Numbered from the stretch's first letter, positions 50,109 to 59,659 are shown. The stretch is DNA of 64,000 nt from Clostridia bacterium (GCA_017453325.1 JAFTKK010000084.1:2204-66203); one strand, 5' to 3'. Program-made: numbers and translations. Notes: generated by a model not told the origin, from the sequence alone.

Positions 50109-51706
50109 GCAACTTGATGGCGTTTTTTTACATATATGATTATCTCAATTGCAGGCACGGCAAGCACCGCAGCCATCGCGAGCCAAACGATCAGATTACC
50201 GATACGGGTATAGAGTGTGATGCTACCGCGTGCATAAGCCGTGTAAAGGGCCATACCCTCCTGCATAGCGGGCTGATCCTCGTGGGAGGTGCCATCGGGC
50301 GAGATCACCGAGGAAATGCCGGTATCTGCCGCGCGGACGATCCACCTGCCACTCTCAATGGCACGCAGGCGCGCCTGCGCGTGGTGCATATAAATGCCGC
50401 GGGAATCGGTGAACCAGGAGTCATTCGTGGGCAGAAGCATCAGCTCAGCGCCGTCCCCGACGCTATCCCGCGTCAGCTCCTCATAAATGGAATCGAAGCA
50501 AAGGAGCGCACCGATCTTGCCATGTTCGGTATCAAACAAAGCGCTGTCCTCGCCGGCGGCAAGATCCTCGGAGAGCATACCGATATCAGCCAGAAGCGGG
50601 AGCAAAAATTCAATCACGGGGCGCCACGGCACATACTCGCCAAAGGGCACCAAATGGCGCTTGGCATAGACATTTTCATCAATGGTGCCGTCGGGATAAA
50701 CGGCGAACACGGCGTTATATTCCCGTCCCTCCTCATCCACATGGAAGCCACCGCAAAAGATGGTGACCCGATAGGTGGTGGCAAGCTCTGTGACAAACAG
50801 GCCAAGGTCGGTGCGGGCAGTCAAGCGATCGGGAATAAAGGTTTCGGGAAACACCACAATTTCGGCACCCGCAGCCGCGGCCTCGGCAGTATATTTGGTG
50901 TAGACCTCGTAGCTTTTGCGGCGACTGTCTGCCGACCATTTGAGATCCGAACCGACGTTTCCCTGCACCGCAGCCACCACGATCGGCTCCCCCTCCTCGG
51001 GGTTGGCCGTGAGGTATCCCGCAGCGCCAACGCCAAGCTGCAGCACAAGCACTCCCGCCGCCACGGCAGCGGAAAGACGCCAAACGGGCAAGTGCTTTGC
51101 GTGCAGAATTCCCCAGGCAAGATAGCCGTTGACCAAAAGAATAGCAAACGTGATAAAATATGAGCCAAAGAGCGTCGCACTCCCCGTCACCGCCCCGTAA
51201 TTGATCTGACCGAGCGCCAAGCGCGCCCACGGCACGCCCATCCACGTCAGGGTCTGGCTCCACTCGGCCACCACATATTGCGCGGCAAACAGGAGTGGAA
51301 CAAGAAAGCATCTGCCACGCATCACATCGGTGCGGCAAAGGCGAGCAAAAAGCGGCGGGACGAACGCGGCAAAGATGGTTTGCAGCAAGGAAAGCCCTAC
51401 CCAACAAATGGCCACCAGCGCCACCGCCTCAGCCTTGGTGACACCGAGGAAATCCATGGGGTAAAGATTTAAAAACCAGTGCAGCGCCGTCATATAAAGC
51501 GCGAAATAATAGCAAAAGCCATACAAATACATACGGCGGTATCGCACACGCTCATCGCGTGCCACCGTGAAGAAAAACAGGAGCGCGGGGATCATCGAAA
51601 GCCACTCCAAAAATCCGATCTGCGGAAAAGCAAGGCAGAGCCCCGTCAATATCCCCGATAGGGGCAAAGCCAACCACAGGTAGGGTCTTAAGCGTTTTTG
51701 TATCAT
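50105..51706 (-). CDS. lnt: apolipoprotein N-acyltransferase (CN-hydrolase domain)
   Basis: Multi-TM N-terminal half plus a nitrilase-like domain carrying an E/K/C triad context (VVFPETF, KRHLVPFGEYVP, LLCFDSIYE). Start is ATG 51706; the alternative is TTG 51727. Confidence 0.82.
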   Translation of the reverse strand: MIQKRLRPYLWLALPLSGILTGLCLAFPQIGFLEWLSMIPALLFFFTVARDERVRYRRMYLYGFCYYFALYMTALHWFLNLYPMDFLGVTKAEAVALVAICWVGLSLLQTIFAAFVPPLFARLCRTDVMRGRCFLVPLLFAAQYVVAEWSQTLTWMGVPWARLALGQINYGAVTGSATLFGSYFITFAILLVNGYLAWGILHAKHLPVWRLSAAVAAGVLVLQLGVGAAGYLTANPEEGEPIVVAAVQGNVGSDLKWSADSRRKSYEVYTKYTAEAAAAGAEIVVFPETFIPDRLTARTDLGLFVTELATTYRVTIFCGGFHVDEEGREYNAVFAVYPDGTIDENVYAKRHLVPFGEYVPWRPVIEFLLPLLADIGMLSEDLAAGEDSALFDTEHGKIGALLCFDSIYEELTRDSVGDGAELMLLPTNDSWFTDSRGIYMHHAQARLRAIESGRWIVRAADTGISSVISPDGTSHEDQPAMQEGMALYTAYARGSITLYTRIGNLIVWLAMAAVLAVPAIEIIIYVKKRHQVA

Positions 51707-51764
51707 CTTATTTAAAGCACGGGGCAAGCTACAGCTCGCCCCGTTATCCTTTCTGTTTCAGCTA

Positions 51765-52724
51765 TCAATCAAAGTCCTTTAAAAACCAGACGTCACTCTC
51801 GGGAATGGTAAAGGTCTTGCCCTCAAGATACGAGAGCGCATGCTCCTCCCCCGTGGGATCAAACACCAGCTTATAGGCATACAACGCCTGATATTTGTAG
51901 CCCCTGCCTCGCTCTGCTCGATTTTGACCGTATTTGCCGTCACCGAGCAGCGGGTGACCGATATGCGCAAGATGCGCACGAATCTGATGCGTGCGTCCCG
52001 TCACCAGCTCAACCTCAAGCAAAGAGCTGCCGTTTTTCTCACGGAGCACGCGATAGCGCGTTTCAATGCTTTTGCCGCCCCTCAAGGGCGTATCGGAGAC
52101 CGTAACCAGATTTTTGTCGCTATCCTTGCGCAAAAAGCCCCGTAACGTGTCGAATTTTCGCGGCATTTTACCGTGCGCGGCACAAAGATAAAACTTCGAG
52201 ATCTCATTTTGCTTGATCTTTTCGTTCATGAGGCGCAGCGCCTCGGCATTTTTGGCGGCGATCACGATACCGCCCGTGTTGCGGTCAATACGATTACAAA
52301 GTGCAGGTGCAAAGGACTGCTCCTTGGCGGGGTCGTATTCCCCCTTTTGATAAAGATAAGCCTTGACGTGCAAAATAAGCGTGTTTTCGCCGCCCGCGGT
52401 GTCCTCATGTACCAGTACACCGGGACGCTTATTGAGAAGCAGGATGTTTTCATCCTCATAAACAACGGAAAGCTTTGGCGTGATGGCCGAGAGCGCACCG
52501 TCATCGTTTTGCGGCAGATCAAAGAACTCCTCTTTGATGAAGAGTTGGATCTCGTCCCCCTCACTCAGCACTTGATTTTCCTTGGCGCGGGCACGGTTGA
52601 CCTTGATCTTTTTGGTGCGAATGGCTTTGTACATCATGGAAAGCGGCAGACCCTTGACCGCTTTTGTGAGAAACTTATCCAGACGCTGACCGGCATCGTT
52701 TTTTTCAATTTTCAATATGCGCAT
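51765..52724 (-). CDS. RluA-family pseudouridine synthase (RluD-like, S4 N-terminal domain)
   Basis: ATG 52724 (MRILKIEKNDAGQRLDKFL) follows a GGGAGGTGG RBS. The catalytic segment NRIDRNTGGIV is present. Confidence 0.85.
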   Translation of the reverse strand: MRILKIEKNDAGQRLDKFLTKAVKGLPLSMMYKAIRTKKIKVNRARAKENQVLSEGDEIQLFIKEEFFDLPQNDDGALSAITPKLSVVYEDENILLLNKRPGVLVHEDTAGGENTLILHVKAYLYQKGEYDPAKEQSFAPALCNRIDRNTGGIVIAAKNAEALRLMNEKIKQNEISKFYLCAAHGKMPRKFDTLRGFLRKDSDKNLVTVSDTPLRGGKSIETRYRVLREKNGSSLLEVELVTGRTHQIRAHLAHIGHPLLGDGKYGQNRAERGRGYKYQALYAYKLVFDPTGEEHALSYLEGKTFTIPESDVWFLKDFD

Positions 52725-52868
52725 CACTGCCACCTCCCTTTGTAATGTAATTATTATATATGATATAGCGTTTTTTTGCAAGTGGTTTTGAAAAACTTTG
52801 CGGGGGTGTTGACCGATGCCGCAAAACATGATAAAATAAGATATCAAACCACAGAAAGGGGGACGCAT

Positions 52869-54179
52869 ATGAAAAAGACAACCGTTGGCATCGTCACGCT
52901 GGGCTGCAAGGTCAATCAATATGAAAGCGAGGCGATTGCGGAAGAACTCGTTAAAGCGGGCTTTGCCGTAGGCGACCCCAACGTACCGTGTGACGCTTAT
53001 ATTGTGAACACCTGCACCGTAACGGCAGAATCCGACCGCAAGGCACGGCAGATGATACGCCGCGCGGCAGGCGAAAACCCCGCAGCCCCCATTCTGGTAA
53101 CGGGCTGCCTGGCGCAATCACACCCCGAGGAGGTTGCTAAGCTCGAGGGCGTGCGCTATATCTGCGGCAGCGACAACAAGCTCTCGGTGGTAACCGCCCT
53201 GCAGCATATATTCACCGCAAACGTGTGGGAAAAACCGGAGATTGCCGTGAACGATCTCGCCGATGCGCGCTTTGAGCCGATGTGCATCACACGCTTTGAT
53301 CGCACCCGCGCTTATGTAAAAATTGAGGACGGATGCGAAAACCGTTGCACCTACTGTGCCATTCCCGCCGCACGCGGCAAGGTGCGCTCAAAGCCGCTTG
53401 CCGAGGTCGTGCGCGAGGTGGAGGGCCTGGTGGCGAGCGGCTGCCGTGAGGTGGTGCTGACAGGCATTGAAACTGCCTCTTGGGGGCGCGATCTCGACGG
53501 TGTCTCGCTGATCGATCTGCTTGAGGCCGTTGACGCGATCGCAGGCATCGGTCGCGTGCGTCTCGGATCACTTGACCCCTCCCTCATGAAGGAGAGCTTT
53601 GTGACGCGCCTCAAGGCGCTTCGACACTTGGCGCCACACTTTCATCTTTCTATTCAAAGCGGTGCCTCCCCCGTGCTGGCCGCGATGAAACGCAAGTATA
53701 ACCGCGCGCAAGCGCTGGCAGGCATCAAGCGCTTACGCGAAGCCCTGCCCCAAGCTGAGCTGACCGCCGATTTCATCGTCGGCTTCCCCGGTGAGACCGC
53801 GCAAGATTTTGAAGATACGCTGGCATTTGCTGCGGAAGCCGCTTTCTTGCAAATGCACGTGTTCGCCTATTCGCCGCGTGTCGGTACGCCTGCGGCCGCA
53901 ATGCCGCACCAGATTGACGGTGCGACCAAAAAGGCGCGTTCCGCCGCCCTGATCGACCTCGGCAACCGCTTGCGCGCCGCGCGGCAGGAGCTGGCGCTGC
54001 TGCAGCCGCACCGCAACGTGCTTTTTGAAACCTACGAAAACGGTCTTGCCATCGGCCACACCGACAGCTTTCTTGAGGTGGCAATTCACGCAGAGCACCC
54101 CTTGCACGGCGAGCTGATGCCCGTGCGGCTGGTGGGTATAGAAAACGGACGGCTGATGGCCGAGAAAGGCGAGCTATGA
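52869..54179 (+). CDS. mtaB: tRNA t6A37 methylthiotransferase MtaB (radical SAM MTTase)
   Basis: ATG 52869. It has an MTTase N-domain (LGCKVNQYES), a radical SAM motif (CENRCTYCAIP) and a TRAM-like C-terminus. Confidence 0.88.
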   Translation: MKKTTVGIVTLGCKVNQYESEAIAEELVKAGFAVGDPNVPCDAYIVNTCTVTAESDRKARQMIRRAAGENPAAPILVTGCLAQSHPEEVAKLEGVRYICGSDNKLSVVTALQHIFTANVWEKPEIAVNDLADARFEPMCITRFDRTRAYVKIEDGCENRCTYCAIPAARGKVRSKPLAEVVREVEGLVASGCREVVLTGIETASWGRDLDGVSLIDLLEAVDAIAGIGRVRLGSLDPSLMKESFVTRLKALRHLAPHFHLSIQSGASPVLAAMKRKYNRAQALAGIKRLREALPQAELTADFIVGFPGETAQDFEDTLAFAAEAAFLQMHVFAYSPRVGTPAAAMPHQIDGATKKARSAALIDLGNRLRAARQELALLQPHRNVLFETYENGLAIGHTDSFLEVAIHAEHPLHGELMPVRLVGIENGRLMAEKGEL

Positions 54180-55564
54180 TGAGGGAAGCACATTTTGCGA
54201 TAACCGCGAACCAATTGCCTGTGCGCGGATTTATTCACTTCTCACCTACGCGATTGGCCGATCTGAAGCACGAGCTTTCCCTTTATCTCAGCGTTGCAGG
54301 TCTGCAGCTTGTGGCCAAGCAGTTTGCCGCCGAGCTGCGCGATCCCACCGTGGGTGAGCTCCGCTTTCTTGATGCACTTTCCCGTACGCTGGCTGCCCTG
54401 CCGCAAAGCACACAGCTGACAGAACTGCATTTTGCCGAGAAAAGCGACGCGCGCATCTGGCAGGATATCTGTCGCGACGGTGCGGACGAAAAGCAGGCCG
54501 CAGCGCCGACCTTGGCGTCGGTCACACGCGTATCCGCTATGAGATTGGCAAAAGCAGGCCACCTGCCTACCATGACAGAGCTGCACGTTGCGGCCGCCCC
54601 CGATATGGCACTTACCACCTTTACCGCGCCCCCTGCGCTTTCCCTTGAGGTGGAAGGTACCGCCGCTGCGCTGACAGAAACGGCGACTGTCTATCCTCCC
54701 CTTGGCCCCGGGCAGATCCTCCTGGCTCTCTCGGCAGACAGCGACGCTTCACTCGCCACCACGGTCACGCGCTTTCTGCGCACCTATGCGGCACTTTCTC
54801 CCGTACCCCTTGCCGTGATTGGCGAGGAGGGGCTCGGTGCACACCTCTCGGCTCTCCCCTGCGGCGCGGAATTTGACCTCTGCCGCTGCTCGGACAAGAC
54901 AGACGGAGATCCCGCCACCCTTGCCACCCGCCTTCGTCATACCGTCATTTTTGCGGTACCGCAGGCAGTTGCTCACCAAATTCTCACGGGCGGTGCACCC
55001 GTCCTGCTGATCGGACGTCTGATGGCGGGCGACCGCATTGTATTTAGGGATGAACCGAGCGTGCTCATGCAGTTTTCGCGTCAATTTCTTTGCTTGTGGC
55101 AATCGCGCCGCGCGCTTTCACTGCATCTTCCCACCCGTCCTTGTGCTGAGGCGCCCTCGGCCGTGATCAAAACCGAAAACGACAAACACCTGCTTGCAGG
55201 CACATCCGCGAAGCTGCAAAATGCACTCCCCTCTCTCACGGAGCTGCTGGCGCGTGTATATTTGACGGGCGCGCGGATGGCAACCGCTACGCTTGCCGCC
55301 TTCCTCTCTGTGCCGCAAGGCAACGAGGGCGAAGCCCTTGCCTTGGCGCTGGATTGGCATCGCTTTACTGCCGAGCTGGCACTGCCCACGACTGATATCA
55401 AGCTGCAGGGTGCCGCAAAGGGCACAACACCGACCCTCACGGTCTTTTGTGCCGCCGAGCGAGCGCCCGCCCCTGAGCCTGCAGAACGAGAAGCCCTTGC
55501 CGTGGCGCTGGCGCACGGTGATTTTGCCGCCCTGCGGCAGGTGATGTATCAAAAAATGCTTTGA
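54176..55564 (+). CDS. hypothetical Ala-rich protein, possible degenerate PurL/PurM-superfamily protein
   Basis: 462 aa with an ATGA overlap with the mtaB stop. ELRDPTVGELRFLDALSR resembles the PurL segment (R-N/D-P-T-x-x-E-L-...-SEHC) but lacks SEHC. The C-terminal LLIGRLMAGDRIVF resembles a PurM_C strand. The call is from by-eye similarity only. Confidence 0.55.
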   Translation: MMREAHFAITANQLPVRGFIHFSPTRLADLKHELSLYLSVAGLQLVAKQFAAELRDPTVGELRFLDALSRTLAALPQSTQLTELHFAEKSDARIWQDICRDGADEKQAAAPTLASVTRVSAMRLAKAGHLPTMTELHVAAAPDMALTTFTAPPALSLEVEGTAAALTETATVYPPLGPGQILLALSADSDASLATTVTRFLRTYAALSPVPLAVIGEEGLGAHLSALPCGAEFDLCRCSDKTDGDPATLATRLRHTVIFAVPQAVAHQILTGGAPVLLIGRLMAGDRIVFRDEPSVLMQFSRQFLCLWQSRRALSLHLPTRPCAEAPSAVIKTENDKHLLAGTSAKLQNALPSLTELLARVYLTGARMATATLAAFLSVPQGNEGEALALALDWHRFTAELALPTTDIKLQGAAKGTTPTLTVFCAAERAPAPEPAEREALAVALAHGDFAALRQVMYQKML

Positions 55565-55619
55565 TTGGGCCAAGCCACTGACTTTTTCTCGAAAACTTCA
55601 AAAAAATTGCAAAAAAGAC

Positions 55620-55648
55620 TTGCATTTTAAAATTTTATATGGTATAAT
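55620..55648 (+). promoter_or_regulatory. sigma-A type promoter of rpmB
   Basis: TTGCAT, 17-nt spacer, TATAAT, with an extended TG. Confidence 0.65.
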
Positions 55649-55716
55649 GATTGTCGCTGTTAAAAATCTAATGGATATAACGATAAGCACCGCGAGGTGC
55701 GACAGGAGGTGTCAAT

Positions 55717-55902
55717 ATGGCAAAGTGCAGTGTATGCGGCAAGGGCGTAGTGTTCGGCCAGAACGTTTCCCACTCCAACCGCAAGACCAACCGTTCTTGG
55801 AAGCCCAATATCCGCAAGGTTAAGGCTATCGTTGACGGGACCCCCACCACCGTGGCGGTTTGCTCCCGTTGCCTGCGCTCGGGCAAAGTTACCCGCGCAT
55901 AA
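55717..55902 (+). CDS. rpmB: 50S ribosomal protein L28
   Basis: Sequence begins MAKCSVCGKGVVFGQNVSHSNRKTNRSWKPNI. Confidence 0.95.
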   Translation: MAKCSVCGKGVVFGQNVSHSNRKTNRSWKPNIRKVKAIVDGTPTTVAVCSRCLRSGKVTRA

Positions 55903-55918
55903 TTCTTGATCGGTGCAT

Positions 55919-55956
55919 AAGAGGGTGTCTCAAATTGTAATTTGAGACACCCTCTT
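55919..55956 (+). terminator. hairpin terminator after rpmB
   Basis: Perfect 18-bp arms AAGAGGGTGTCTCAAATT / AATTTGAGACACCCTCTT. The trailing T-run is weak. Confidence 0.6.
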
Positions 55957-56114
55957 CTCGTCAAAAAGGCAACGGTAGGCTTTTTGACGCCGGGAATTTG
56001 TGTTTTTTACCCGTTTATCGGGTAAAAATGGCGGTGTTTAGCCGCCAAACAAAAACCATAGGGGCTTGTCGACCAAATGCCGTGGCATTTGAGACAACCC
56101 CGTGTGTGCCGCAC

Positions 56115-56143
56115 TTGACTTTTGAAGCGGGCAGGCCTATAAT
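56115..56143 (+). promoter_or_regulatory. sigma-A type promoter of proC
   Basis: TTGACT, 17-nt spacer, TATAAT. Confidence 0.65.
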
Positions 56144-56171
56144 AAAAGCATGAATGTTTGTGAGGTGCTTT

Positions 56172-56948
56172 ATGAAACTTGGTTTTATTGGAATGGGTAG
56201 CATGGCCACGGCGCTTGCCACGGGCTTCATTGCCGCGGGAAAGCTTTCGCCGCGTGACATGATCGCCTATGCCCCCAACCGCGAAAAGCTGCAGGCCAAC
56301 GCCGATCGCATCGGTTTCTTGGCAGCAAGCTCCGCCACCGAAGCCGTGAAGGCGGCCGATCTGGTGGTGATGGCATGCAAGCCCCAACAGATCGAGGGTG
56401 TGCTCGCCCTGCTTGGCGACGCGCTCGCGGGAAAGGCGCTGCTCTCGGTCGCACTCGGCTGGCACCATGACCGCTACCGTGCGTTACTGCCCGCCACGCG
56501 CGTGCAGTTTATTATGCCCAACACTCCCGCCGCTGTCGGCGAGGGCGTATTTCTCTTTGAGGAAGCTTCCTCTCTGACCGAGGAGGAGTTGACATTTTCC
56601 AAGGAGCTGTTTGCCGCGATCGGCACCGTGATCACTCTGCCCTCCTCGCAAATGGGCATCGGCGGTGCGCTGGCAGGCTGCGGTCCTGCGTTTGTAGATA
56701 TGATGATAGAAGCCTTTGCCGATGCCGGCGTCAAATACGGCCTTTCTCGTGAAAACGCGCTTAAAATGACGGCACAAACGGTGCTGGGCAGCGCCAAGCT
56801 CCAGCTGGTCACGGGCAAGCACCCCGGTGAGCTGAAGGACGCCGTTTGCTCACCCGGCGGCTCCACCATCAAGGGCGTCACCGCCCTCGAGCAGGCAGGC
56901 TTTCGTGCCAACTGCATTTCGGCCATCGACGCCATTATGAAATCATAA
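56172..56948 (+). CDS. proC: pyrroline-5-carboxylate reductase
   Basis: ATG 56172 (MKLGFIGMGSMA) follows a GAGGTG RBS. The C-terminal segment SPGGSTIKG is present. Confidence 0.92.
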   Translation: MKLGFIGMGSMATALATGFIAAGKLSPRDMIAYAPNREKLQANADRIGFLAASSATEAVKAADLVVMACKPQQIEGVLALLGDALAGKALLSVALGWHHDRYRALLPATRVQFIMPNTPAAVGEGVFLFEEASSLTEEELTFSKELFAAIGTVITLPSSQMGIGGALAGCGPAFVDMMIEAFADAGVKYGLSRENALKMTAQTVLGSAKLQLVTGKHPGELKDAVCSPGGSTIKGVTALEQAGFRANCISAIDAIMKS

Positions 56949-56949
56949 A

Positions 56950-57002
56950 AAAAATCCCTGCCGAACGACACGGTATATACCGTCGTACAGCAGGGATTTT
57001 TT
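56950..57002. terminator. bidirectional terminator hairpin (proC / carD-like)
   Basis: Outer stem TCCCTGC / GCAGGGA flanked by A and T runs, with an inner palindrome ACGGTATATACCGT. Confidence 0.7.
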
Positions 57003-57507
57003 ATTCGGCCTTTTGAACGCGCTCGGTAAAATAGGCTTCCATGCCATCCTCCGAGAGGCCTAATACGTGCGCACATTCGCTATAAAGCAGGTGCTTTGCA
57101 AGACGCCCGTATTCAAGGTCTGTCACGGGAAAATGCTTGTGCGCAGCCGTCAATTCAAGGCGGCGGTGATGCACGGTCTTGATCACCTGCACATAGCTTT
57201 CGGGGGCAAGCGTGCCAATGCTGGTACGGTACACCTCGCGGCGCTGCTTTTCAACGGGTACGGTAAGCAGCTCAATGTCAGGCATTGCCACGATCAGCGC
57301 CTCGATCTCCTCACGGGTCATCAAGCGGCGCATGGGCACACGCTCATTATCCACGGGGGTGTAGATGGTAGAGCTCATGGGGTTATTGACGGGAACCAAA
57401 AGATAATACGTGCGCGGATCGGTATCATCATACGGAGACTTGCAAACGTCCTCCACACGGCAGATGCCATTCATACCGTATACGATATATTCACCAACCT
57501 GAAACAT
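57001..57507 (-). CDS. CarD/CdnL-family transcriptional regulator
   Basis: ATG 57507 (MFQVGEYIVYGMNGICRVEDV) follows a GGGAGGT RBS. It has a CarD_TRCF N-domain. Confidence 0.85.
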   Translation of the reverse strand: MFQVGEYIVYGMNGICRVEDVCKSPYDDTDPRTYYLLVPVNNPMSSTIYTPVDNERVPMRRLMTREEIEALIVAMPDIELLTVPVEKQRREVYRTSIGTLAPESYVQVIKTVHHRRLELTAAHKHFPVTDLEYGRLAKHLLYSECAHVLGLSEDGMEAYFTERVQKAE

Positions 57508-57714
57508 CCGTCTTACCTCCCGCCGGTCATTGTTTGAGCCGCTGCAAGCGCCGAAAGGGCGACGCGTACACCCACTCACTATACTATATTTTACCATATT
57601 TTCTTTATTTATTCAAGAGACAAATTTTATAAAAATAGCTTGCCCGATATTGTGATAATGCGCAAAAGGCCTGTACACGCAAAAATCTTAACAAAATACT
57701 GCAAAATCCATCTC

Positions 57715-57751
57715 AAAGCAAAAGCGGCTTGGCGCGTGTGCGCCAAGCCGC
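57715..57751 (-). terminator. intrinsic terminator of galE
   Basis: 12-bp stem GCGGCTTGGCGC / GCGCCAAGCCGC followed on the minus strand by TTTTGCTTT. Confidence 0.8.
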
Positions 57752-57766
57752 AATACGATATGAATA

Positions 57767-58771
57767 TTAATATCCCTTGGGATTTTTAGATTGCCAATTC
57801 CAGGAATCGCGCACCATATCATCAAGGCCATGCGTAGCATTCCAGCCAAGCTCTTGTGCTGCCTTGGCGGGATCGGCATAGCAGGTGGCAATGTCACCGG
57901 GGCGGCGGGGACCGATCTTATAAGGCACAGCCACACCATTGACACGCTGGAAAGCATTTACCATATCAAGCACGCTGTAGCCCGTGCCCGTACCGAGGTT
58001 GAATACCTCCGCGCCCTTCTTGTCATAATTCAAGGCAGCAACGTGACCGCGCGCAAGATCCACCACGTGGATAAAGTCGCGCACGCCCGTGCCGTCGTGC
58101 GTGGGATAATCGTTGCCAAATACGGAAAGCTCCTTCAGCTTGCCGACAGCCACTTGCGTGATATAGGGCATCAGATTGTTCGGGATCCCGTTGGGGTTTT
58201 CACCGATCATGCCGCTTTTATGCGCGCCGACAGGGTTAAAATAGCGCAGCAGGATCACCTGCATATCGGGGTCGGAGACACAGTAATCGCGCAGGATGAC
58301 CTCGATCATATATTTAGTCCAGCCATAGGGGTTAGAGCAATTGCCCGTGGGGCTATCCTCGGTAATGGGACACTTTTCGGGCGTACCGTAAACGGTAGCA
58401 GAGGAGCTGAAGATCAGCTTTTTGACGCCTGCTTTTTTCATGGCGCGCATCAGCGACAGCGTAGAATTGATGTTATTGTCGTAATATTCAAGCGGCTTTC
58501 TCACCGATTCACCCACGGCCTTATAGCCTGCGAAATGCACGACGGCGTCGATCTTGTGCTCGGCAAAAATGCGATCCATGGCCGCCTCGTCGGCCACATC
58601 TGCTTCGTAAAGAGGCACCTTTTTGCCAATGATCTGCTCTACTCTCTTGACAGCCTCAGGGCAGCTGTTGTAAAAATTATCAACCACCACGACCTCATGG
58701 CCTGCGGCGTCCATTTCAATGATCGTATGCGTGCCGATGTAGCCCGCACCGCCCGTGAGTAAAACCTTCAT
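57767..58771 (-). CDS. galE: UDP-glucose 4-epimerase
   Basis: 334 aa with the GGAGYIG Rossmann motif and the YGWTK catalytic motif (YxxxK). Confidence 0.94.
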   Translation of the reverse strand: MKVLLTGGAGYIGTHTIIEMDAAGHEVVVVDNFYNSCPEAVKRVEQIIGKKVPLYEADVADEAAMDRIFAEHKIDAVVHFAGYKAVGESVRKPLEYYDNNINSTLSLMRAMKKAGVKKLIFSSSATVYGTPEKCPITEDSPTGNCSNPYGWTKYMIEVILRDYCVSDPDMQVILLRYFNPVGAHKSGMIGENPNGIPNNLMPYITQVAVGKLKELSVFGNDYPTHDGTGVRDFIHVVDLARGHVAALNYDKKGAEVFNLGTGTGYSVLDMVNAFQRVNGVAVPYKIGPRRPGDIATCYADPAKAAQELGWNATHGLDDMVRDSWNWQSKNPKGY

Positions 58772-58817
58772 ATGAACCTCCCTCTCGCGGCCTTGCCGCG
58801 ATGCTTTTTTCCTTTAT

Positions 58818-58846
58818 AGTATAGCGTTTTTTGCGCCCCGTGTCAA
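58818..58846 (-). promoter_or_regulatory. sigma-A type promoter of galE
   Basis: On the minus strand: TTGACA, 17-nt spacer, TATACT. Confidence 0.65.
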
Positions 58847-58870
58847 TGCCTCACAGGCAAAAACAGGATT

Positions 58871-59542
58871 TTACATTTTACGCTCGACCACGTTGCCGCG
58901 CTCCTTGTAAATGTGCTGCTCGGGCACGAAGCCGCGCACCGAGACCAACGGGTACACAATGGCACGGCGGCCGATCACAGTACCGGGATTGAGCACAGCT
59001 CCCGCGCCGATCTCGCCGAAATCGCCGATAAAGGCGCCCACCTTATTCGAGCCGGTAGGAAAGTCCTCCCCTGCGATACGCATGGTGATCAGCCCACCGT
59101 CGCTGCGGAAATTCGAGAGCAGCGCGCCGCCGCCGAGATGCGCACGGTAGCCGAGAATACTATCACCCACGTAATTGAAGTGCGGCACCTGCACGCCGTC
59201 AAACAAAATGGCATTTTTGACCTCGGTAGAGTTGCCGACGGTAGCTCCTGCACCGATAATGCTGCCGTGACGCACGTAGGCACAATGGCGGATCTTGGCG
59301 CCGTCACAAATAATAGCAGGCCCCTCGATCAGCGCGCTGGGTGCGACCTCTGCCGTTTTGGCGATCCAAAGATCTGGCGACGGATGATCGTAAAGTGCGG
59401 GGTCAAGTGTGGGACCCAACTGGGCGATCCACGCATCGATCTCGGACAAAGCCTCCCACGGATAGGTATAAGCGGCCAGGCGATCGCCTACCACGGAGCG
59501 TGAAAGGTCAAACAGATCCTTAACTGTAAATTTCGGTTTCAT
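58871..59542 (-). CDS. left-handed beta-helix (hexapeptide-repeat) protein, GlmU-C-terminal-like
   Basis: ATG 59542 (MKPKFTVKDL) follows a GGGAGGA RBS. It has repeated [LIV]-G-x4 hexapeptides (IIGAGATVGNSTEV, IGDFGEIGAGAVL). Substrate is unknown. Confidence 0.7.
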   Translation of the reverse strand: MKPKFTVKDLFDLSRSVVGDRLAAYTYPWEALSEIDAWIAQLGPTLDPALYDHPSPDLWIAKTAEVAPSALIEGPAIICDGAKIRHCAYVRHGSIIGAGATVGNSTEVKNAILFDGVQVPHFNYVGDSILGYRAHLGGGALLSNFRSDGGLITMRIAGEDFPTGSNKVGAFIGDFGEIGAGAVLNPGTVIGRRAIVYPLVSVRGFVPEQHIYKERGNVVERKM

Positions 59543-59659
59543 AAATTCCTCCCGGGCTTGTGAGACCCTATAAAAAAGTACTGCTATCAGTATAATCCAA
59601 GATCGCTCCGCTGTCAACCGACAATTGAAAAAAGGAGCGCCAAAAAATTTATTTTTCTA

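Noticed and set aside
51721-51742. Hairpin GGGGCAAGC...GCTCGCCCC between the rluD-like stop and the lnt start.
   Set aside because: It has one mismatch and no T-run on the minus strand. It is probably just a weak structure overlapping the alternative TTG start of lnt, and not enough to call a terminator.
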